Origin: Verrucomicrobiales bacterium
GTDB lineage: Bacteria; Verrucomicrobiota; Verrucomicrobiia; Verrucomicrobiales; V1-33
Assembly: GCA_031411295.1 (NCBI GenBank)
Contig: JANOAV010000007.1
Location: 1 to 12,659, forward strand
Reading direction: 5' to 3'
DNA length: 12,659 nucleotides
Positions within the stretch are counted from its first letter, which is position 1. The number at the start of each line of letters is the position of its first letter. The notes under the pieces were generated by a model. That model saw only the letters and a program-made list of their open reading frames with translations. It was not told the origin of the DNA and ran no database searches. Both the position numbers and the translations under genes were made by a program. Shown piece after piece: positions 1 to 6,855 of the stretch.

Positions 1-63
1 CCTCTGTGCGGCTCACAGGCTTAGCCTCTGCATTCCAGCCGCACAGAGGACTGTGCGGACCAC
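1..63. repeat. REP-like palindromic element pair (REPIN-like doublet), left copy truncated by the window edge
   Basis: 1-13 cctctgtgcggct is the exact reverse complement of 37-49 agccgcacagagg. 39-58 forms a second hairpin ccgcacag-agga-ctgtgcgg. The minus strand from 63 reads GTGG-t-ccgcacag-tcct-ctgtgcgg, a tetranucleotide followed by a palindrome as in GTAG/GTGG-type REPs. It lies just downstream of the rluE-like stop. Confidence 0.6.
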
Positions 64-80
64 CTTTTCGATCCACTCAT

Positions 81-647
81 TCAGTGGCCCAGCACCGCAT
101 CGCGCCCCACCACACTAAGTTCCCGCCAACTGCCAGCGTCAATTCCTGCCAGCGGGAAATTTCCAATCTGCACCCGGAGCAACCGCAGGGTGGGATGACC
201 GACGGCGGCGGTCATTTTGCGGACTTGGCGGTTGCGGCCTTCGATGAGTGTTAGCGCAATCCAAGCGTCTTGGATGGATTGGCGCACGCGGACCGGGGGA
301 TCGCGTGGCGGGTAAGTGGGCGGAGGCTCCAGCAGGGATGCCTTGCAGGGCAAGGTGCGCTGGCCTTGAATCATGACTCCAGCGGCTAACTTGGACAATG
401 TTTCAGGGGTGGGGACTTTCTCCACCAGCGCATGGTAAGTGCGTGGATGCCCGCGTTTGGGGTTCAGCAATCGGTCCACTAGTGGCTTTTCATCCGAGAG
501 TAGCAGCAGCCCTTCGGAATCCTGATCCAAGCGCCCAATGGCATACACGTCTTTAGGAAATCCAAACTCCGCCAGGGTTCGCTGCCCCGGCAGTTCGGGC
601 GTGAACTGGCTGAGGACTCCGTAAGGTTTATGAAAGGCGATAAGCAT
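81..647 (-). CDS. rluE: rRNA pseudouridine synthase, RsuA family, RluE-like (no S4 domain)
   Basis: Motifs FHKPYGVLSQF, GRLDQDSEGLLLL (catalytic Asp) and EGRNRQVRKMTAAVGHPTLRLLR. About 188 aa with no N-terminal S4 domain. ATG at 647 preferred over TTG at 656. Confidence 0.85.
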   Translation of the reverse strand: MLIAFHKPYGVLSQFTPELPGQRTLAEFGFPKDVYAIGRLDQDSEGLLLLSDEKPLVDRLLNPKRGHPRTYHALVEKVPTPETLSKLAAGVMIQGQRTLPCKASLLEPPPTYPPRDPPVRVRQSIQDAWIALTLIEGRNRQVRKMTAAVGHPTLRLLRVQIGNFPLAGIDAGSWRELSVVGRDAVLGH

Positions 648-657
648 GCTGGTCAAT

Positions 658-1467
658 TCACCGTTTGGTGGAGATCACGATCCCGTAGTTAGGATCCGCC
701 GAAGCCGCCTGGAGGTAGGACTCAATCCCATTGGCGATTCCCTTGGCCAGGGTGGCTTGGTATTCGGCTGAGCGAAGTTTCTCCGTTTCCCCCTTATTGG
801 ACACGAATCCGCATTCAACCAAGACGGAGGGCACCCGCACTGAATTCAACACCCGCAGGCCCGTCTTATTCTGCACCTCCCGATCCACGGCCTGGGTGGC
901 CGCCACGGTAGCACGTTGGATGGATTCCGCCAAAAGTCTGCCCCGGTGATCTTCCACCTTCCCACCAGCAGGTGCCGGATACGAGGCCGCAAAATCCTTT
1001 AATATTTCCAGACGCTTGGGCCAGGCGTAAAAGGTCTCGATGCCGGTGGTCCGGGAGGAATCCGAGTGATTCAGATGAATACTCACGAAGCACAACCTTC
1101 CAGGTTCGTTCCCGATCTTGCTGCGATCATCCAGCGAAAGGGTGGTGTCCGTTTCCCGAGTCATCACCACGGTGTATTTCCGCTCCCGCAACTCCTTGGC
1201 CAGGGCTAGGGCAATCGGCAGCGTGCCTTCTCGCTCGAACATTCCGTTCCCCTGGGTGCCGGGATCTTCCCCGCCGTGACCGGGATCGATCACAATTGTC
1301 TTTAACTCCGCAGGGGCATTCGCCAAATCTGGCGGCACTTGTCCTTCATTCAGCGCTGCCAACACTTGAAATCCAGGGTTTTCTGGGGTGAACGCATGCA
1401 TCAGACGCCACAGGCAAAACCAAAAAAATGCCAAAAATAAGAGACTGAAGACAAACCGCACCCCCAT
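658..1467 (-). CDS. N-acetylmuramoyl-L-alanine amidase (Amidase_3), N-terminal membrane anchor/signal
   Basis: IVIDPGHGGEDPG, Glu in GMFERE, FVSIHLN and PSVLVECGF supply the Zn ligands and catalytic Glu. Hydrophobic N-terminus FVFSLLFLAFFWFCLW. ATG at 1467 preferred over TTG at 1539, which falls in the AT-rich intergenic promoter region. Confidence 0.9.
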   Translation of the reverse strand: MGVRFVFSLLFLAFFWFCLWRLMHAFTPENPGFQVLAALNEGQVPPDLANAPAELKTIVIDPGHGGEDPGTQGNGMFEREGTLPIALALAKELRERKYTVVMTRETDTTLSLDDRSKIGNEPGRLCFVSIHLNHSDSSRTTGIETFYAWPKRLEILKDFAASYPAPAGGKVEDHRGRLLAESIQRATVAATQAVDREVQNKTGLRVLNSVRVPSVLVECGFVSNKGETEKLRSAEYQATLAKGIANGIESYLQAASADPNYGIVISTKR

Positions 1468-1533
1468 CCAACCTGATTTCCTAGGGGAATCCGGGGGATT
1501 TTTAAAATTTTGTAAAGATGGCTCGACTTTTAC

Positions 1534-1562
1534 TTGCAATTTATAATTAATTTATGTAAAAT
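1534..1562 (+). promoter_or_regulatory. sigma70-type promoter for the LysM gene, within an AT-rich divergent intergenic region
   Basis: TTGCAA (1534-1539), 17-nt spacer, TAAAAT (1557-1562). The ATG follows at 1573. Confidence 0.65.
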
Positions 1563-1572
1563 ACTCACATCC

Positions 1573-2790
1573 ATGAAAAAACAAACACTTATTCTTGTTC
1601 CCAGCCTTCTGGCGATGATGATACTGCCCCTGACCGCCGGTTCTGTCACGCCGCCGTCCAAAGAGAGTAAGGTTTTGAATCTCTACGGACGTCAAGAACC
1701 AACTGCAACTGCCAGCGAAGAAAAGCCCCTGCCAGAGGGTCTGCACCTAGCGGCCAATACTCGCAGCACGAAAAGCGCGGCCGCCCCCAGCACTGCAAGC
1801 ACCAAATACACCGTGAAAAAGGGGGATACCCTGACACGCATTGCAAGCCGCAGCGGCCTGTCGGTGGAGAAACTCATGAAAATCAACGGATTGAAGAGCA
1901 ACAACCTGAAGGCTGGCCAAACGTTGAGCGTTGCGGCAGCCAAGTCCGCTCCAGCGCCAGTCACCACCACCGTGACCAAGAAAACCACCAAGCCAGTAAC
2001 CACCGAAGTCGCGCCCAAGCCCAACCCAGCCAAACTTTCCTACGTGAAGCACGAAGTGAAGCGCGGGGAAACGGTCGCGCAACTAGCCCGTAAATATAAC
2101 GTGTCTGTCGAGTCCATCTTGCTGGCCAACAATCTGCCGGAGGATGCCACGTTGCTGTCGGGTCGCACCGTAAGCGTGCCCGTGCGCGGCACCTCCTCAA
2201 AACTCCCGACCATCAAGCCCTCCGACACCGGCAAAACCGCTGCCACGAAGCAGGCTTATGAAGTTCAGGGGAAGGACACCTTTTACTCCCTGAGCGTCAT
2301 GTATGGCATCTCGGTGGATGAACTGAAGGAAGCCAATCCTGGTGTGAACCCAGATCGTCTCCGCACCGGCATGGTCTTGAAAATTCCCGTCCGTGGTAAT
2401 CGCAAAGATCCCTCCGCCATTACCAGAGGCACCGAGGACACCTCCCCCACCCCGGCAGCCAATGGCTTCAGCGCGCAGGATTTGCATCCCAATAAAAATG
2501 TGAAGCCTGCGCAAGGTTCCACCAAAGGCCAATACAAGCCCGTGGTCACGGAGGAACTCCCCCCACTCAACATCGAACCTGAGAGCGTTGACCGTTACTT
2601 GGACTATAGCATCGAGCCCAACGACACCTGGGATAGCATCGGGGCGCAGTTCCATACCACGGGCGATGAGATCAAGCGGATCAACGGGGCCAAGTCCACC
2701 GACGAAGCGCAAATCGGTTCCACCATTTCCGTGCCCCGCACTCGGGTGGGAAACCGCCCCAGCAGCCGCTCGGGACGTAGTTTGGGATAA
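1573..2790 (+). CDS. Secreted LysM peptidoglycan-binding protein (4 LysM domains, no evident catalytic domain)
   Basis: Signal peptide MKKQTLILVPSLLAMMILPLTA. LysM repeats YTVKKGDTLTRIA..INGL..L.AGQTL (~1807), HEVKRGETVAQLA (~2050), YEVQGKDTFYSLS (~2257) and YSIEPNDTWDSIG (~2605), separated by Thr/Pro/Lys-rich linkers. Confidence 0.9.
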   Translation: MKKQTLILVPSLLAMMILPLTAGSVTPPSKESKVLNLYGRQEPTATASEEKPLPEGLHLAANTRSTKSAAAPSTASTKYTVKKGDTLTRIASRSGLSVEKLMKINGLKSNNLKAGQTLSVAAAKSAPAPVTTTVTKKTTKPVTTEVAPKPNPAKLSYVKHEVKRGETVAQLARKYNVSVESILLANNLPEDATLLSGRTVSVPVRGTSSKLPTIKPSDTGKTAATKQAYEVQGKDTFYSLSVMYGISVDELKEANPGVNPDRLRTGMVLKIPVRGNRKDPSAITRGTEDTSPTPAANGFSAQDLHPNKNVKPAQGSTKGQYKPVVTEELPPLNIEPESVDRYLDYSIEPNDTWDSIGAQFHTTGDEIKRINGAKSTDEAQIGSTISVPRTRVGNRPSSRSGRSLG

Positions 2791-2820
2791 ATAATTTCTG
2801 TTTTGGTTGTTGTTAGACCA

Positions 2821-2860
2821 GCGGGGACTGCGAATAGGAGCGCAGTCCCCGCACTTTTTT
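2821..2860 (+). terminator. Rho-independent terminator after the LysM gene
   Basis: Perfect 12-bp GC-rich stem gcggggactgcg (2821-2832) / cgcagtccccgc (2841-2852), 8-nt loop, then ac-tttttt. Starts 30 nt after the stop codon. Confidence 0.85.
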
Positions 2861-2930
2861 GCACCGATTGCACCATCTTCCAACTTGCGCTCCCGAAGGT
2901 TCCAGCACATGGAAATAAACTCCTCAACCT

Positions 2931-4076
2931 ATGCAAGCAATCCTCGCTCTCGAAGACGGTAAATATTTCCTCGGTGAATCGTTTGGTGCCCCGGGCACCA
3001 CGACCGGAGAAGTCTGTTTCAACACCTCCATGACTGGCTATCAGGAGGTGTTGACCGATCCATCCTATCGTGGTCAAATCGTGGCCATGACCCAGCCGCT
3101 GATCGGAAATTACGGCATCAATGACCTCGATAACGAAAGCTCCCGGCCTCACGTCCGCGGATTCGTCATCGAAGAACTCTGCCGCGTGCCCAGCAATTGG
3201 CGCAGTAAGGAGAGTCTGCACGACTACCTGAATCGCTATGGCATTCAGGGAATTCAGGGGATTGATACCCGCTCACTGACCATGCATTTGCGGACCCGCG
3301 GAGCCATGCGGGCCGTCCTGAGCACCGAAATTTTAGATCCTGCCACCGCCATCGCCCAAGCCGCCGCCAGCCAGCCAATGGAAGGTTCCGACTACGTCAA
3401 GGAAGTCAGCACCGAGCAAAATTACGTCTGGGACCCCTCCAGCGAATTAAGCGTGGACTGGACGCTGCCCAATGTTTCCCAACCCGCTCCCGCACCCCTG
3501 CCACCTGCGAAATACAACATCGTGGCGTATGATTTCGGGATTAAGTATAATATCCTGCGTCGCCTGAGGCAGGAAGGTTTCAATTGCCAAGTCGTCAATG
3601 CCCGCACCACGGCGGAAGAAGTGATGGCCTTGAAGCCAGACGGCATTTTCCTCTCCAACGGCCCGGGGGATCCCGCAGCCTTGGATTACGTGCATCGTGA
3701 AATTCGTAAACTCACCGGGAAGAAACCCATCTTCGCCATCTGTCTGGGCCACCAGATGCTCGGCCACGCCTTCGGTGGCAAGACCTACAAACTGAAGTTC
3801 GGCCACCGTGGCGGCAACCAACCCGTGAAAGACTTGCGCAGCGGCCGTGTTGCTATCACGAGCCAGAACCATGGCTTTGCCGTTGATCCCGATTCCCTCC
3901 CCAGCAACGTGGAAGTAACGCACATCAATTTGAATGACGACACCGTCGAAGGACTGCGCCATAAAGAGGCTCCCGTCTTCAGCGTGCAATACCACCCGGA
4001 AGCCGCCCCGGGCCCGAACGATGCCCGGTATTTTTTCTCCGAGTTCGCGCAGTTGATTGAGTCCACCAAGGCCTAG
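2931..4076 (+). CDS. carA: Carbamoyl-phosphate synthase small (glutaminase) subunit
   Basis: N-terminal [24 protein letters not shown] and PLIGNYG. Class I glutamine amidotransferase motifs SNGPGDP, ICLGHQ (nucleophile Cys), [15 protein letters not shown] and VQYHPE (His-Glu). Confidence 0.98.
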   Translation: MQAILALEDGKYFLGESFGAPGTTTGEVCFNTSMTGYQEVLTDPSYRGQIVAMTQPLIGNYGINDLDNESSRPHVRGFVIEELCRVPSNWRSKESLHDYLNRYGIQGIQGIDTRSLTMHLRTRGAMRAVLSTEILDPATAIAQAAASQPMEGSDYVKEVSTEQNYVWDPSSELSVDWTLPNVSQPAPAPLPPAKYNIVAYDFGIKYNILRRLRQEGFNCQVVNARTTAEEVMALKPDGIFLSNGPGDPAALDYVHREIRKLTGKKPIFAICLGHQMLGHAFGGKTYKLKFGHRGGNQPVKDLRSGRVAITSQNHGFAVDPDSLPSNVEVTHINLNDDTVEGLRHKEAPVFSVQYHPEAAPGPNDARYFFSEFAQLIESTKA

Positions 4077-4178
4077 CCTGCTTTAGTGGCTTAAAGTAGT
4101 CATGGGCTGTTAGCGCGCAGACATGTCCCGGGCGGATTCAGATGCCTGATACATGGGGAGAGAAAAGCCCCAATGAAT

Positions 4179-4184
4179 TATAAT
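4179..4184 (+). promoter_or_regulatory. Possible -10 box (TATAAT) upstream of the NfeD/SPFH pair
   Basis: Perfect TATAAT inside the palindrome aattataatt (4176-4185), 35 nt before ATG 4220. No convincing -35. Confidence 0.35.
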
Positions 4185-4219
4185 TGGCGTTTTCCTAGAA
4201 ATGGCGTCACTTTACCAGC

Positions 4220-4672
4220 ATGTTCACACTAGCCGCATGGCATCTTTGGGTCATATTGGGAGTTCTCTTGATTATTCTGGAGATGACCACCCACACGTTC
4301 TTTCTGTTCAGTTTTGGCTCCGCCGCTCTGGTCACAGCCATTGCCGCTCATCAAGAAGTGTCCACTTCATGGCAACTTGGCATCTTTGCCTTGGCGTCGT
4401 TTCTCATGATCATCCTGATTCGGCCCATCGTGATCCGGGGGCTTTATCACCGCAGTGACCCCCGCCCCACCAATGCCAACGCCCTCGTAGGGCAACTCGC
4501 CACCGTCGTGGATTCCATCCCTGGTTCCTTGCGCTACGGTCGCGTGAAGCTCGGTAGCGAAGAATGGCGGGCCGTCAGCGAGGACGAACTCCCTATCGCA
4601 GAGAACACGGTGGTCGCAGTCACCAAAATCGATAGCGCCACCCTGACCGTGCGCTCCGTCAACGCAGATTAA
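4220..4672 (+). CDS. NfeD-like membrane protein (short YbbJ type; TM helices plus C-terminal OB fold)
   Basis: W..W.ILG..L.ILE N-terminal TM pattern, then TNANALVGQLATVV, GRVKLGSEEWRA and V.V..IDSATLTV. Located directly upstream of an SPFH gene, the established NfeD-stomatin pairing. Confidence 0.9.
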   Translation: MFTLAAWHLWVILGVLLIILEMTTHTFFLFSFGSAALVTAIAAHQEVSTSWQLGIFALASFLMIILIRPIVIRGLYHRSDPRPTNANALVGQLATVVDSIPGSLRYGRVKLGSEEWRAVSEDELPIAENTVVAVTKIDSATLTVRSVNAD

Positions 4673-4733
4673 CCCCTGCCATTTCCGCCGGGCCCCACCT
4701 GCCCTGGCCCTCAGTTTCACTTACCTCCAAATT

Positions 4734-5720
4734 ATGAACGCAATTATCACCATTCTCCTCCTCATCATCGCAGCTGTCGTCGTCTTCGCAGCCTTGGGCG
4801 TTAAGGTCATTCGCCATAGCGAAACGATGATTATCGAACGCCTCGGCCGCTACCATCGCACGCTCCAGAGCGGATTAAACATCATTTGGCCCATCCTTGA
4901 TCGGCCCCGTCCCATGCTCTGGCGTTACACGGAAAACGGTCCTAACAACCGTGTCTATCAGATCAACCGCATTACGGCACGCATCGATCTGCGCGAGGCG
5001 CTTTATGATTTTCCCCGCCAAAACGTGATCACCAAAGACAACGTGGGCTTGGAAATTAATGCGTTAGTCTATTTTCAGATCAACGATCCCATGAAGTGCG
5101 TCTATGAAATCAACAACCTCCCGGACGCCATCGAGAAACTTACCCAGACCACCCTGCGGAACGTGATTGGCGAGTTGGATTTCGATGACTGTTTGGCCAG
5201 CCGGGATGTCATCAACAAGAAACTCGGCTTGATCCTCGACGATGCGACCCACAAATGGGGCGTGAAAGTAAACCGCGTGGAAATCCAAGACATCACCCCG
5301 CCCGCTGACATCACCGCTGCGATGGAGAAGCAGATGCGGGCCGAGCGGGATCGTCGCGCGATGATGCTGGTGGCAGAAGGCGCAAAGGGTGCCAAGATCC
5401 TCGAAGCCGAGGGCATTCGCGAAGCCGAAATCAGCACCGCCGAAGGGAACAAACAAGCCTCCATCCTCCGTGCCGAAGGTGAAGCGCAAGCGATGGAGCG
5501 CATCGCCACCGCCGAGGCCATGGTGATCGAGCGCATCAAAGGCAGTATCCCGGGTAATCCCAACGACGTCACCAACTACATCGTGGCCCTCCGTTACTTG
5601 GAAAGCCTCAAAGCCATGACCAGCGGCAAGGACAACAAAGTCATCTACATGCCCTACGAAGCCAGCGGCGTGCTCAGCAGCTTGGGCGGAATTTCGCAAA
5701 TGCTCAACAAAAAGAGCTAA
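4734..5720 (+). CDS. SPFH/Band-7 stomatin-like protein (QmcA/YbbK type)
   Basis: N-terminal TM helix, then IIERLGRY, QNVITKDNV, QTTLRNVIG, WGVKVNRVEIQDITPP and AMEKQMRAERDRRA, with AEG coiled-coil repeats. Confidence 0.95.
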   Translation: MNAIITILLLIIAAVVVFAALGVKVIRHSETMIIERLGRYHRTLQSGLNIIWPILDRPRPMLWRYTENGPNNRVYQINRITARIDLREALYDFPRQNVITKDNVGLEINALVYFQINDPMKCVYEINNLPDAIEKLTQTTLRNVIGELDFDDCLASRDVINKKLGLILDDATHKWGVKVNRVEIQDITPPADITAAMEKQMRAERDRRAMMLVAEGAKGAKILEAEGIREAEISTAEGNKQASILRAEGEAQAMERIATAEAMVIERIKGSIPGNPNDVTNYIVALRYLESLKAMTSGKDNKVIYMPYEASGVLSSLGGISQMLNKKS

Positions 5721-5779
5721 GATTCCCCCAGGCGAGCCCGTAGGACTGGCATTCGCTTAACCTCTCCTTTCCCACCCCC

Positions 5780-6553
5780 ATGATCAAGACACTCTCCCTG
5801 TTGGTTTGTTTCGCCACCCTGGCCACTGCCGCGGACGAATTGAAATCGCCCGCCGCTCCCCCTGCCGAATCCGCTGCGCCCAACCTCGAAGCGCCCGAGG
5901 ATCAACTGGAAACCTTGATCAATCAGTCGGCTAAATTTTACGACAGCAACCAACGCGCCAAGTGCGGCGGAGCGCTGTTGGAAGTGGCCGAACTAGTGCA
6001 GAACTTGGCCGAGCAGCAACCCCAGCGCGTCACCAGTGAAGTGGAAGCGTTTCGCCAACTGGCTCTGATGGCCGCGCGGGGCGAGTTGAACGCCCATGCC
6101 GTGGACTTTGCCGCCGCCCGCGCTTATGCCAGGCTTGCGGCCATCTTTGCCGACAAAGCCTCCGCCAAGTTTGAAAACGGCAAAACCAAACCAGCCGGTC
6201 AGGAATGGTATCGGGCCGTAGCGTTTGTCGAACGGGCGATCGACTGGGGCGGCTATGGTTTAAAAGACGCGGGCGTGGACGCCTTGGGACAAGCTAAGAT
6301 CCAAGCGCAATCGCTCGCGGAAGGAGCCCTCGTGGAAGCGGACGAAGTGCGTCAGCAAGTCCAAGACACCCGACTCATGATCGCAGAGATCGGACGTTCT
6401 TTGGCGGCCAAAGCAGGGGTCGCCTGGGATGATTCCAAGCCGGAGGGACGACGAGTCGGCGGGATGATCGAGGACAAATCCCGGGAGGTGCTCGACAAGG
6501 TCAAAGGCGGAGCCCATCGCATTGGGGATGTGCTCAAACGCTGGAATCGGTGA
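5780..6553 (+). CDS. Secreted, predicted all-helical hypothetical protein
   Basis: 257-aa ORF co-oriented with its neighbours. Signal peptide MIKTLSLLVCFATLATAA-DE, Pro/Ala linker and Ala/Glu-rich amphipathic helices. No family recognised with confidence. Confidence 0.8.
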   Translation: MIKTLSLLVCFATLATAADELKSPAAPPAESAAPNLEAPEDQLETLINQSAKFYDSNQRAKCGGALLEVAELVQNLAEQQPQRVTSEVEAFRQLALMAARGELNAHAVDFAAARAYARLAAIFADKASAKFENGKTKPAGQEWYRAVAFVERAIDWGGYGLKDAGVDALGQAKIQAQSLAEGALVEADEVRQQVQDTRLMIAEIGRSLAAKAGVAWDDSKPEGRRVGGMIEDKSREVLDKVKGGAHRIGDVLKRWNR

Positions 6554-6608
6554 TTCGGGAGGAGAAATTGGTTGAGGGAAAAGAGAACGGGCTTATCCAA
6601 CCTCACCC

Positions 6609-6773
6609 ATGCGCATTCCCCGCAACCTCATTTGGATGGCCTTCATCCTGGCATCGATTTTCTTCTGGTGCGTGTTCTTCGAATACGGCTGGGAGCCGCG
6701 CACGTTTCTGCAAGGGGCCCGGGAGGAACTGAGCAGGATCTTCGGCTGGCTCGCCCGCAGACTGGGGCAGTGA
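6609..6773 (+). CDS. Small (54 aa) single-pass membrane protein, absent from the ORF track
   Basis: Manual translation MRIPRNLIWMAFILASIFFWCVFFEYGWEPRTFLQGAREELSRIFGWLARRLGQ*. It has a basic N-terminus, a hydrophobic aromatic segment and an amphipathic tail, with mostly G/C third codon positions. It fills the 6554-6855 gap without overlap and has a C-rich pre-ATG context like its neighbours. Confidence 0.7.
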   Translation: MRIPRNLIWMAFILASIFFWCVFFEYGWEPRTFLQGAREELSRIFGWLARRLGQ

Positions 6774-6840
6774 GCGCGTCCTGCCACCATCCCAATCTTA
6801 TTAAAAAAAGTTTCCAAAAGAGCCCATTTTCCGTTTCCTG

Positions 6841-6849
6841 TGCTATAAT
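6841..6849 (+). promoter_or_regulatory. Extended -10 promoter (TGnTATAAT), probably leaderless transcript
   Basis: TGCTATAAT at 6841-6849, 6 nt before ATG 6856. Upstream A/T tract at ~6798-6813; no consensus -35. Confidence 0.7.
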
Positions 6850-6855
6850 TGCCAC

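Noticed and set aside
1..63. CRISPR repeat or tRNA interpretation of the palindromic repeats
   Set aside because: The copies are inverted rather than direct with spacers, there are no cas genes, and there is no cloverleaf or T-loop motif.
1468..1572. TTG starts at 1539 (minus) and 1534 (plus) giving overlapping divergent genes
   Set aside because: Both extensions run through the AT-rich promoter region and would bury the signal or anchor sequences. ATG 1467 and ATG 1573 give normal N-termini.
2821..2930. Hairpin upstream of carA as a PyrR attenuator or riboswitch
   Set aside because: No PyrR-binding loop consensus or alternative antiterminator was seen. Its position 30 nt after the LysM stop fits a simple terminator.
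2197..3221. 237-aa and 205-aa minus-strand ORFs over the LysM gene, terminator and carA
   Set aside because: Antisense to well-supported genes and run through a terminator; no recognisable domains.
4078..4099. Hairpin ctgcttta-gtggct-taaagtag right after the carA stop
   Set aside because: AT-rich stem with G-U pairing and no U-tract; too weak to call a terminator.
5064..5699. 211-aa and 157-aa antisense ORFs within the SPFH gene
   Set aside because: Typical stop-poor shadow frames of a GC-rich coding strand, with no motifs.
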